From NCBI GenBank assembly GCA_017456005.1, contig JAFTLJ010000037.1:7808-71807 (forward strand): a DNA stretch of 64,000 nt, given 5' to 3'. The stretch is from Clostridia bacterium. Lineage in GTDB: Bacteria; Bacillota; Clostridia; Oscillospirales; CAG-272. Numbering within the stretch: the stretch's first letter is position 1; each line of letters begins with the position of its first letter. Under the pieces are notes generated by a model. The model saw only the letters and a list, made by a program, of their open reading frames with translations. It was not told the origin of the DNA and did not search any database. Of the stretch, positions 18,394 through 26,689 are shown one piece after another. A program made the position numbers and the translations under genes.

Positions 18394-19230
18394 TTGAACA
18401 GAAAAGAATCTAAGCTTTCTAACATCAAAACCGTGGCAATCGTATTGATTGGACTTGCCTTAGCGATGCTTTCGTTTATCGCAATCATTACAATAATCGA
18501 AGGATTTGCAATGAAAGAAAAGATACCGTATCTTTACGGGAGTTATGCCCCATACCGTGAGCTTCTTATTATTGGCGTTTGTATTGTTGTTTTCGTTTTA
18601 ATACTCTTGTTTAACATACGCATTAAACTCAAATGGCTTTCTGCATTGGTGAACATAATCGTTATCATATCACTATTCAATCCGTATACTCTTCTTTTAG
18701 GACTCATTGGGATTCCGAAAATTACGAATTACTATACTATTGAAAGTGAAGTTGACTTTAATCAGTGCGCAGATGATATGGGAATCGATTTTAACTATTT
18801 CCCAAAGTACAACGAATTTGATAAACAGAATGTTCGATTTGTCGGTAAGGTTGATTCCGGATTTTTCTTTTATCAGTCTGTCACAGCAATCGTAAAATAC
18901 GATAGCCTTGAACTATGCGAGGCAGACTATAAGTCTTACATAGACTCGCATCAGTTTTTGACAGATCCTGTTATTGAAAACGATGGAGATTACCTTATTG
19001 CCGCACCTGAATTTCATTACGAAGAAATCTTTTTCAAGGTTGTAACTGCGGGGGAAGAAGATCATTTCCCTAAGCAAATATACTTGATTGGTATTGATAG
19101 AGAAAACTCCACGCTGTATTACCTTTATCTTGAAGACCACGATTTAGACTATATAGCAGGTGCGGATACGCAAGACCTTGAAGGCGAGATGAGAAAGCAG
19201 ATTGCAAACCAGTTTAATCTCGGCCAATGA
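18394..19230 (+). CDS. membrane protein with C-terminal extracytoplasmic domain, unknown function
   Basis: TTG at 18394 lies 7 nt after AAAGGAGA. Three TM helices, then a ~160-aa Asp/Tyr-rich domain. AT-rich. Confidence 0.65.
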   Translation: MNRKESKLSNIKTVAIVLIGLALAMLSFIAIITIIEGFAMKEKIPYLYGSYAPYRELLIIGVCIVVFVLILLFNIRIKLKWLSALVNIIVIISLFNPYTLLLGLIGIPKITNYYTIESEVDFNQCADDMGIDFNYFPKYNEFDKQNVRFVGKVDSGFFFYQSVTAIVKYDSLELCEADYKSYIDSHQFLTDPVIENDGDYLIAAPEFHYEEIFFKVVTAGEEDHFPKQIYLIGIDRENSTLYYLYLEDHDLDYIAGADTQDLEGEMRKQIANQFNLGQ

Positions 19231-19285
19231 AACACATTTAACGTATAAAAATAAATTCCAATTTATCGAACAGAACAAAATAAAT

Positions 19286-19330
19286 ACCCCGACAGATTTA
19301 TAAAATCTGCCGGGGTTAATCTTTGTTTTC
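19286..19330 (+). terminator. rho-independent terminator
   Basis: ACCCCGACAGATTT-ATAA-AATCTGCCGGGGT hairpin (one mismatch), then a T-rich tract. Confidence 0.7.
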
Positions 19331-19352
19331 TGCGGCTCAAATATGCCTTAAT

Positions 19353-19379
19353 GGACCGTCGAGGACGCCGGTCCCTACA
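19353..19379. repeat. REP-like element (GTAG + GC hairpin), copy 1
   Basis: GGACCGTCGAGGACGCCGGTCCCTACA is identical (27/27) to 25151-25177. The reverse complement reads TGTAG-GGACCG-(10 nt)-CGGTCC. Confidence 0.8.
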
Positions 19380-19439
19380 AAGAGAAATCAAACTTCCTTA
19401 CGAGAACCACCCCTTCTCTCCGGATTTTTTTCAACTTCG

Positions 19440-20366
19440 TTATTTCCATTCGGGTATCTGCGAAAGCTCCTCGTAAAGGGCGAGGAAGCTTTCGTGGCGC
19501 TCCTTTGCTATGTCGCCGCGCTCCACAGCTTCCGTTATGCCGCAGCCGTCGTCCTTTGTGTGCGTGCAGTCGCGCCAGCGGCAATCGCATGCATAGCGCG
19601 AAAACTCTGGGAAAGTGGCGGCGAGGTCTTTTTTTCCGAAGCCCGCGATAGCTGAAAATTCAAGCACGGAAAAGCCCGGTGTGTCTGCCACGAAAACGGT
19701 ATCTTTGCCGCCCTCTGCCACGGGCACGGGGAAAAGCTCCACTGTGCGCGTGGTTTGCTTGCCTCGGCTTATTTTTTCCGAAAGCGAGCCTGTTTTTAGC
19801 GCAAGCTCGGGGAAAAGAGCGTTCATTATAGAAGATTTGCCTATGCCGGAAGCGCCTGCAAAGGCGTATGTTTTGCCTGCACCGCCCTCTGCTATATATT
19901 CGCGCACCTTGCCTATGCCTTCGCCGCCTACAGAGGAGGTTATAAACACGGGGTAGCCCGCTTTTCTGTATATTTCGGCATATTTTTCGGCAAGCTCTGC
20001 GGAAAGGTCGCTTTTGGTTATCACCACGGCGGCGTTTATCTTCGCCGCGGCGGCTACGCACAGCAGCTTGTCTATGCAGAGTATGTTCGGCATTGGTTCT
20101 ATAGGGGCAAAAGAAACGAAAAGTGTATCGAGGTTGGCGATGGGTGGGCGTATAAGCGAATTTTTACGCTCCGCGATTTTGTTTATGGCAAAAGAATCGT
20201 TCTCTTTGTGAAGGAAAACGTTGTCGCCTGCGAGAGGGGTGCTTTTGTTGTAGCGGAAAGAGCCGCGGGCGCGAGCGCACACACGCTCGCCGCCCGTTTT
20301 TTGAACGGTGTAAAGTCCGCCTACGCAGGAGATTATTTTTCCGTAAAGTTCGTTTTTTTCTGTCAT
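19440..20366 (-). CDS. rsgA: ribosome small-subunit-dependent GTPase A
   Basis: OB fold, circularly permuted GTPase (TKSDL ... GASGIGKSS) and a C-terminal Zn finger (CRWRDCTHTKDDGCGI). Confidence 0.93.
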   Translation of the reverse strand: MTEKNELYGKIISCVGGLYTVQKTGGERVCARARGSFRYNKSTPLAGDNVFLHKENDSFAINKIAERKNSLIRPPIANLDTLFVSFAPIEPMPNILCIDKLLCVAAAAKINAAVVITKSDLSAELAEKYAEIYRKAGYPVFITSSVGGEGIGKVREYIAEGGAGKTYAFAGASGIGKSSIMNALFPELALKTGSLSEKISRGKQTTRTVELFPVPVAEGGKDTVFVADTPGFSVLEFSAIAGFGKKDLAATFPEFSRYACDCRWRDCTHTKDDGCGITEAVERGDIAKERHESFLALYEELSQIPEWK

Positions 20367-21844
20367 AAAGTACCTTGCTTTAAATAAATCAGAGTTTTTT
20401 CGGCTGTGTCGCCCACGTTTGCAAAAACTGTGGGCTCGCTTACGTTTTCGCCGCCGAATGCGAGCGAAATTATGCCTATTATGGCAACTAAAAGAAGTAT
20501 TATAATGGCGATGAGTATGGCAGAGGTAGAGATCTTCTTTTTCTTTGCTTTGGTTTTTTGTGCGCCCTCTGCGTTTATCTGTGTACTGCCCGTGGGTTTT
20601 TGCGTACCTACCGAGGGCTTTTGAGCGCCGCCTGTAGGTTTTTGCATACTGCCCGTGGGCTTTTGCATACTGCCTGTGGGCTTTTGCGTACCGCCTGTGG
20701 GTTTTTGCGTACCGCCCGTAGGCTTCTGTGTGCTAACCTTGGGCTTTTGCGTGCCGGCTGCAGGCTTCTGTGTGCCGCCTGTGGGTGCCGGATCGCTTGC
20801 GAGCTTGTGCTTTTCTGTGGGGAGCGAACCTTCGTTCAGCTTATGCACGGTCGTATCCGGCGGTGTATTTTCGCCGTTTTGCGTTTGCTGTGCGATTTTT
20901 TGTTCGCCGCTTGCGGAGTGGTCGTGGCTGTGGCGCATGGTTTTCTTAAGCGTGGTTTCGCTGGTTACCGTGCGCTGTGCCGGCTTAGGAATGGTGAAAA
21001 CGGTGGTTTCATCCATTTTCAGCCTGCGGAGGTGGCGCAGCATCTGCGCCGCGCTTTGGTAGCGGTTTTTGGGCGCTTTTTCCATAGCGCAGAGTATTAT
21101 TTGTTCCAACCCCTTTGGTATCGCGGGCGCGAGCTTGGAGGGGGGCACGGGTGCGGTGTTCATATGCTTCATAATAACGGCTATGGGCGTGTCCGCCGTG
21201 AAGGGCATCTGCCCCGTTACCATTTCATAAAGCATAACGCCGAGGGAGTATATGTCGCTGCGCGCGTCTATTTTTCGGCTGCTTGCCTGCTCGGGGCTTA
21301 TGTAGTATACCGTGCCTATGGCTTTATCCACCATGGTGAGCGATTCGGAGTTCGGCATTTTTGCTATGCCGAAGTCGGTAACCTTTACCTTGCCGCCCTG
21401 CATGACCATAATGTTCTGCGGTTTTATGTCGCGGTGAACTATACCTTTTGTGTGCGCGGCATCGAGCGCGAGCGCTATCTGCTCTGTAAACTCCACTGCC
21501 TCACGCCAATCGAGCGTGCGCTTATAGTTCATATATTTGCGAAGCGTTATACCGTTTATGTACTCCATAACGATATATTTGTATTTGGTTTGTATAGAAA
21601 TATCGTGCACCTTCACGATGTTGGGGTGGCAGAGAAGCTCCAGTGATTTGGATTCGTTTATAAAACGCTTAACGGCACGGGAATCGTCGGAAAACTTTTC
21701 TTTAAGGAGCTTTAATGCTACCAGATTGCCTGTTTGCTCGTCTGTCGCCGCATAAACAAAGGACATTCCGCCCACGCCTATAACGCGTTCGGTTTTGTAG
21801 CGGCCGTCGAAGGTGAAACCTAAAAACTGATTAGAATCTTCCAT
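20363..21844 (-). CDS. Ser/Thr protein kinase (PrkC position) with heptad-repeat linker, C-terminal TM and no PASTA domains
   Basis: Hanks kinase motifs (GVGGMSFVY, HRDIKPQN, DFGIA, SPEQ). Nine QKPxxxx heptads. TM ILIAIIILLLVAIIGIISLAF, then only ~30 aa. Confidence 0.9.
   Translation of the reverse strand: MEDSNQFLGFTFDGRYKTERVIGVGGMSFVYAATDEQTGNLVALKLLKEKFSDDSRAVKRFINESKSLELLCHPNIVKVHDISIQTKYKYIVMEYINGITLRKYMNYKRTLDWREAVEFTEQIALALDAAHTKGIVHRDIKPQNIMVMQGGKVKVTDFGIAKMPNSESLTMVDKAIGTVYYISPEQASSRKIDARSDIYSLGVMLYEMVTGQMPFTADTPIAVIMKHMNTAPVPPSKLAPAIPKGLEQIILCAMEKAPKNRYQSAAQMLRHLRRLKMDETTVFTIPKPAQRTVTSETTLKKTMRHSHDHSASGEQKIAQQTQNGENTPPDTTVHKLNEGSLPTEKHKLASDPAPTGGTQKPAAGTQKPKVSTQKPTGGTQKPTGGTQKPTGSMQKPTGSMQKPTGGAQKPSVGTQKPTGSTQINAEGAQKTKAKKKKISTSAILIAIIILLLVAIIGIISLAFGGENVSEPTVFANVGDTAEKTLIYLKQGTL
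20579..20790. repeat. 21-bp tandem repeats inside the kinase gene
   Basis: The + strand shows reiterated GCC(C/T)GTGGG(C/T)TTTTGC(G/A)TAC units. They encode (T/M/A)QKP(T/S/A/K)(G/V/A)(G/S) nine times. Confidence 0.85.
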
Positions 21845-21861
21845 TTTTTCAGCCCCCTTCC

Positions 21862-22644
21862 TTAAAATTTAGCGAGCAAAACCGTTATATTGTCGCTGCC
21901 GCCGGATTGGTTTGCATATGCAACGAGGGTATCTGCTTTTTTTTCGAGCTCTTCTTGCGGTGTGGGGCGAACCTTATCTCTGCTTTGGAAAAGGAGCTCG
22001 AAAAGAATTTTATCGTCGAGGTAGTTTGTAAGCCCGTCTGTGCAGAGCAGTATGTAGCCGCTGCCCCATTTGCGCAGGTTTATGTTGAAAAAGTCTACCT
22101 CTGTTTTGGAGGCAACGCCCACAGCGCGTGTGATAACGTTTCTGCGGGGGCTGTTTTTTGCTTCTTCGGGCGTGAGCTGACCTGTTTGCACGAGGAACTG
22201 CACGAAGGAATGGTCGCGCGTGATCTGCTTCGCTTCGTGGCGTGTGATTATGTAGAGGCGGCTGTCGCCGATGTTAACGGCATACAGCATTCCGCGCGAG
22301 ATTATTGCCGCCACGAGCGTCGTGCCCATACCCGTGTATTCCTCGGAGGATTGAGCAAGACGGTATACCGCTTCGTTAGCCTCTTTAACGGCGGCAACCA
22401 AAGTGTTTTTTATATTATCCGAGCGTATTATGGGGTCTTCCGCCGTGCAGGGGCGTGAAGCCACTACGGCGCGGAAAGCCTCCATAGCCGTGCGCGAGGC
22501 GGTGTCGCCCGCTTTGTGGCCGCCCATACCGTCGCAGACGATGAGGAGAAGCCCGTCATCGTCCCAGATCGGCATGGCGCCGTAAATATCCTGGTTAATT
22601 TTGCGGCGCATACCAACGTCGCTTTTTCCGCAATAGAGCAACAT
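21862..22644 (-). CDS. PP2C-family Ser/Thr phosphatase (Stp/PrpC)
   Basis: DVGMRRKINQD, CDGMGGHKAG and GGSDNITV motifs. Sits in the prpC position next to the kinase. Confidence 0.92.
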   Translation of the reverse strand: MLLYCGKSDVGMRRKINQDIYGAMPIWDDDGLLLIVCDGMGGHKAGDTASRTAMEAFRAVVASRPCTAEDPIIRSDNIKNTLVAAVKEANEAVYRLAQSSEEYTGMGTTLVAAIISRGMLYAVNIGDSRLYIITRHEAKQITRDHSFVQFLVQTGQLTPEEAKNSPRRNVITRAVGVASKTEVDFFNINLRKWGSGYILLCTDGLTNYLDDKILFELLFQSRDKVRPTPQEELEKKADTLVAYANQSGGSDNITVLLAKF

Positions 22645-22682
22645 ACGTTTTGTCCTTTCAAAATTGGTTTTGAAGAGTAGGG

Positions 22683-22738
22683 GAATGCTGAATTAAGAAT
22701 GCAGAATAAAGAGTGCAGAGTGAAGAATTAAGAGTTGT
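22683..22738. repeat. tandem heptanucleotide array (8 units, GARTKMW)
   Basis: GAATGCT GAATTAA GAATGCA GAATAAA GAGTGCA GAGTGAA GAATTAA GAGTTGT, between the rlmN stop and the PP2C start. Confidence 0.8.
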
Positions 22739-22748
22739 GGCGGAAAAA

Positions 22749-23792
22749 TCAATTTTCCGCTTTTTTTGCGCGGAGCTGACCGCAGGATGCGTTTATATCG
22801 GAGCCGAGGTGGCGGCGCACCGTGGCAACGATGTGGTTTTTCTCCAAAACGGAGACGAATTTTTTAATACCGTCCTTACTGCTGGGCGTAAATCCGCGTT
22901 CTTTAACGGCGTTTACGGGAATGAGGTTTACGTGAATGGGCATATTTTTGCAGTATTTGCGAAGCACCGCGGCAAGCTCGCGCGCGGCTTCTTCGTTATC
23001 GTTTTTGCCGTTTATAAGAGTATATTCAAAGGAAATTCTTCTGCCTGTGGCGGCGAAATAATCTGCGCACGCTGTAAGCAGTGCTTCTATATTCCACTTT
23101 TTGTTTACCGGCATGAGAGCGGAGCGTGTTTCGTCGTTCGCCGCGTGCAGGGAAATGGAAAGCGTTATTGCCATTTCCTCCTTTGCAAGGTCGTATATAC
23201 GCGGCACTATGCCGCAGGTGGAAAGGGAAATGTGGCGAAGACCTATATTAAGCCCCTTTTCGTCGTTTACAAGGCGCAGAAATTTTATAACGTTTTCGTA
23301 GTTATCCAGCGGCTCGCCTATGCCCATGAGCACTATACCGTCTATACGCTCGCCTATATCCTTCTGCGTTTGTATGACCTGCGAAAGCATTTCAGAGGGC
23401 AGGAGCTTGCGCGAAATGCCGGAAAGCGTGGAAGCACAGAAGGCACAGCCCATAGGGCAGCCTGCCTCGGAGGAAATGCAGATAGTGTTGCCGTAGTGGT
23501 AGCGCATAATAACGCTTTCTATTTTTTCGCCGTCGTACATTTCGTATAGGTATTTTGCCGTGCCGTCTGCCGACGTTAGCTTCTGCACCTGCTTTGCAGT
23601 GGCGAGAAAAGCCTTTTCGTTTAATTTTTCTATCAGTTTTTTGGGGATATTGTTCATTTCCTCAAAGGAGGATGCGCCGCGCATGAGGAAGGTGTAAATT
23701 TGGTCGGCGCGGTATTTCGGTTCGCCAAGCTCTGCAATAAACTCGCGAAGCTCCGCGTGCGAAAGGCTTAAAATATCAATTTTGTTTTCCAT
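22749..23792 (-). CDS. rlmN: 23S rRNA/tRNA adenine-C2 methyltransferase, radical SAM
   Basis: CPMGCAFCAS radical-SAM cluster motif. The protein aligns with RlmN along its whole length. Confidence 0.93.
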   Translation of the reverse strand: MENKIDILSLSHAELREFIAELGEPKYRADQIYTFLMRGASSFEEMNNIPKKLIEKLNEKAFLATAKQVQKLTSADGTAKYLYEMYDGEKIESVIMRYHYGNTICISSEAGCPMGCAFCASTLSGISRKLLPSEMLSQVIQTQKDIGERIDGIVLMGIGEPLDNYENVIKFLRLVNDEKGLNIGLRHISLSTCGIVPRIYDLAKEEMAITLSISLHAANDETRSALMPVNKKWNIEALLTACADYFAATGRRISFEYTLINGKNDNEEAARELAAVLRKYCKNMPIHVNLIPVNAVKERGFTPSSKDGIKKFVSVLEKNHIVATVRRHLGSDINASCGQLRAKKAEN

Positions 23793-23800
23793 AATAATTT

Positions 23801-25114
23801 TTATCTCTTTGTCATTTTGGCTATGAAAAAGCCGTCTGTGTGGTGCTCGTGGGGGTAAAGCTCCGTATATCCCTCACATTCTATTTCGCCTACCTTAAAC
23901 GGCACGAGCGCAAAATCCTCATGCTCGGCAAGGAACGCTTCTACGATTTCTTTGTTTTCTTTCGGGTTAAGCGTGCAGGTGGAATATACGAGCGTGCCGC
24001 CGCTTTTAAGGTGGCGCGCGCTTTCGGCGAGTATTTTTGCCTGCACCTCGGGCAGGCGCTCTATATCCTCGGGGCTTTTGCGGCGTATATCGGGCTTCTT
24101 TGCTATAACGCCGAGACCCGAACAGGGCACGTCGCAGAGAACGCGGTCGAACATACCGCTTTCTTCCTCTTCTTTGGCGCCGTTGCGCTCCATGGTTTTA
24201 ATAATGGATATGCCAAGGCCTTCAGCGCCGCGCTCTATGAGCGAGAGCTTGTTTTTGTGCAGGTCGCAGGAGAGTATTTCGCCCTCGTTTTCCATGGAAA
24301 GAGCTATGCCGAAGCTTTTGCCGCCGGGGCAGGCGCAGGCGTCCAGCACGCGCTCGCCTTTTTTTGCCCCAAGCACCTCTGTGCATATCTGCGAGGCTTC
24401 GTCCTGTACGAAGAATTCACCCTCGAAGCGGGCGAGCGTTTCGTATGGGGTAGAGGCGCGCAGCTTTACGCCGTGCGCGGCGTTTTTCGTTTTTCGGCAA
24501 TCTATACCCTCTGCCGCGAGCTTTTCTATGAACGCTTCGGGTTCTGTTTTCAGCGTGTTCACGCGCAAGGTCATGGGAGGCACGTGGTTCATAGCTTCGA
24601 AAATGCTTTCCGTTTTCGATTTGCCGTAGTTTTTTGCAAATAGCACGCAGAGCCATTCGGGCATAGAATATTTAACGGAAATGTATTTTATATAATGTTT
24701 TTTGTTATCGGGCATAGGAATTTTATCCTTTTGGCGGATAAAACCGCGCAGAACGGCGTTAACAAAGTTTTCGCTGTTCTTTTTTGCCCAGAAACGGCGC
24801 GCCAGAGCTACGCTTTCGTTTACAGCGGCGCTTTCGGGCACCTTGTCCATATACATAAGCTGGTATAGCCCTATTCGCAGCATTATAAGAACGTCGCGGT
24901 CTATTTCTGAAATTTTGCGCTCCGATAGCTTGGAAATATAGTAGTCCAGCGTGATGCCGCGCTCTATAACACCGTAGAAGAGCGCCGTGAAAAACGAGCG
25001 TTCCACGCCTGTAAGCGCATATTTTTTTATCGTGCCGTCCAGCTCTATATTAGAGTAGGATGCATTGTTTTCATACTTTAAAAGCGCGGTGTAAGCCGCT
25101 TCGCGTGCGTTCAT
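23801..25114 (-). CDS. rsmB: 16S rRNA (cytosine967-C5)-methyltransferase
   Basis: NusB-like N-domain. DACACPGGKS SAM motif. DVPCSGLG and TCT catalytic Cys motifs. Confidence 0.92.
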   Translation of the reverse strand: MNAREAAYTALLKYENNASYSNIELDGTIKKYALTGVERSFFTALFYGVIERGITLDYYISKLSERKISEIDRDVLIMLRIGLYQLMYMDKVPESAAVNESVALARRFWAKKNSENFVNAVLRGFIRQKDKIPMPDNKKHYIKYISVKYSMPEWLCVLFAKNYGKSKTESIFEAMNHVPPMTLRVNTLKTEPEAFIEKLAAEGIDCRKTKNAAHGVKLRASTPYETLARFEGEFFVQDEASQICTEVLGAKKGERVLDACACPGGKSFGIALSMENEGEILSCDLHKNKLSLIERGAEGLGISIIKTMERNGAKEEEESGMFDRVLCDVPCSGLGVIAKKPDIRRKSPEDIERLPEVQAKILAESARHLKSGGTLVYSTCTLNPKENKEIVEAFLAEHEDFALVPFKVGEIECEGYTELYPHEHHTDGFFIAKMTKR

Positions 25115-25150
25115 ATGGTGTCCTTTATTTATAATTTGATATTATTTTGC

Positions 25151-25177
25151 GGACCGTCGAGGACGCCGGTCCCTACA
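25151..25177. repeat. REP-like element (GTAG + GC hairpin), copy 2
   Basis: 27/27 identical to 19353-19379, in the same orientation. Lies in the 83-bp gap between fmt and rsmB. Confidence 0.8.
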
Positions 25178-25197
25178 CGGATTTGCGTTGTGTCTTA

Positions 25198-26139
25198 TTA
25201 AAATTCGAATACGTCGCCCTCTGCGGCTCCTCTGCCGCGCACGAAATCGCCCGCCGCCATTTCTTTTTTGCCTTCGGGAATAAGCTTTTCTATGCTCAGC
25301 ACACCGTCGCCTGTGGCAACGAGCATTTTGCCGGCACCCTTCGGGGAAACCGAGCATACCGTGCCGGGGGCTTTATCGCTTTTTTCGCCCGTTACGGTGG
25401 CTTTTACGAATTTTATATTCTTGCCGTTTATGCGCGCAAAGGCATAGGGCGCGGGGGCAAGCGCGCGTATCTTATTGCGGATATTTTCCGCACTTTTCGA
25501 AAAATCTATCTTGCAATCTTCTTTTTCTATTTTTTCGGCATAGCAGGAAAGCGCATCGTCCTGCTTTTCGCGGGGGAGCGATTCGCCGTTTTCTATTTTT
25601 CCCAGCGTTTCTATTATCATCCTTGCGCCGAGCTCTGCAAGAGTGTTTTCGATTTCACCCTTGTTTTCTTCTTCAAAAGCAAGCTTTTCTCGGGAGAGCA
25701 TATCGCCTGTATCAATGCCTTTGTCCATATACATAATGGTTATGCCAAGCTCTTTTTTGCCGTCCATAATAGCGCGTGCTATGGGTGCGGCACCGCGGTA
25801 TTCGGGGAGATAAGAGGCGTGTATGCATAGGCAGTATTTAGGGTAGTTCAGCACGTATTCGGGCAAGATCTTGCCGTATGCCGCAACCACGATTATGTCG
25901 GGAGCGAGGCTTTCTAGCGTTTGCCTGAAGTTTTCTTCCTTCAGGTTCTGCGGTTGGTAAACGGGCAAGCCGAGCTCCAGCGCCGCAACTTTTACGGGTG
26001 GGGGTGTGAGCGCGTGTCCGCGGTTTTTGGGCATATCTATGCGCGTAACAACGCCGACAACGTCTTCTTTATATTTTGTGTAAATGGCGCGAAGTGCCGT
26101 AACGGCAAAATCGGGGGTGCCCATAAAAAGTATTTTCAT
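25198..26139 (-). CDS. fmt: methionyl-tRNA formyltransferase
   Basis: Start at MKILFMGTPDFAV (26139). The ORF-track start at 26370 runs through def. HASYLPEYRGAAPI motif. Confidence 0.93.
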   Translation of the reverse strand: MKILFMGTPDFAVTALRAIYTKYKEDVVGVVTRIDMPKNRGHALTPPPVKVAALELGLPVYQPQNLKEENFRQTLESLAPDIIVVAAYGKILPEYVLNYPKYCLCIHASYLPEYRGAAPIARAIMDGKKELGITIMYMDKGIDTGDMLSREKLAFEEENKGEIENTLAELGARMIIETLGKIENGESLPREKQDDALSCYAEKIEKEDCKIDFSKSAENIRNKIRALAPAPYAFARINGKNIKFVKATVTGEKSDKAPGTVCSVSPKGAGKMLVATGDGVLSIEKLIPEGKKEMAAGDFVRGRGAAEGDVFEF

Positions 26140-26141
26140 TT

Positions 26142-26633
26142 TTATTCCTCGCTGTTTCCGTAGTATGCTTCCAGTTCCTCTTCGGTGAGCATTCTGTCTG
26201 CCACGTCTGTGTAGAGCTCGCCGTCGAGGTGCGCTATTTCGTGGCAGAAGCAGCGGGCAAGAAGCCCTGTGCCTTCGTATATTTTTTCTTCGCCGTTTCT
26301 GTCGAGCGCGCGAACACGCACGTAATCGGGGCGAGTCACTATGCCTGTTCTTCCCGGCACGGAAAGGCACCCCTCGTAGCCTGTCTGGCTGCCCGCTTTT
26401 TCTATTATAACGGGGTTTATAAGCTCTATAACATTGCCTTCCTCTACCTCAATAACGGCTATGCGGCGGAGCACGCCTACCTGAGGGCCTGCAAGACCCA
26501 CGCCGTTTGCCTTGCGCATTGTTTCGAGCATATCGTCGAGAAGAGTGAGGGTTCTTTTTGTTATTTCCGTAACCTCGCGCGATTTTTTGCGCAGGGTAGG
26601 TTCATTATCCTTTAAAATTCTGAGTTTTGCCAT
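26142..26633 (-). CDS. def: peptide deformylase
   Basis: GVGLAGPQVG, EGCLSVPG and HEIAHLDG motifs. Confidence 0.95.
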   Translation of the reverse strand: MAKLRILKDNEPTLRKKSREVTEITKRTLTLLDDMLETMRKANGVGLAGPQVGVLRRIAVIEVEEGNVIELINPVIIEKAGSQTGYEGCLSVPGRTGIVTRPDYVRVRALDRNGEEKIYEGTGLLARCFCHEIAHLDGELYTDVADRMLTEEELEAYYGNSEE

Positions 26634-26689
26634 AATAGACTCCTTTGGGCAAAAACCGTTTTAAAAAACGGTTTAAAATTTATTTTTGT

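Noticed and set aside
19323-19655. ORFs 19323..19655 (+) and 25147..25830 (+) starting in or next to the REP-like element.
   Set aside because: They run antisense through rsgA and fmt respectively and begin in the repeat (…NGPSRTPVPTK / MRTVEDAGPY), so they are artefacts.
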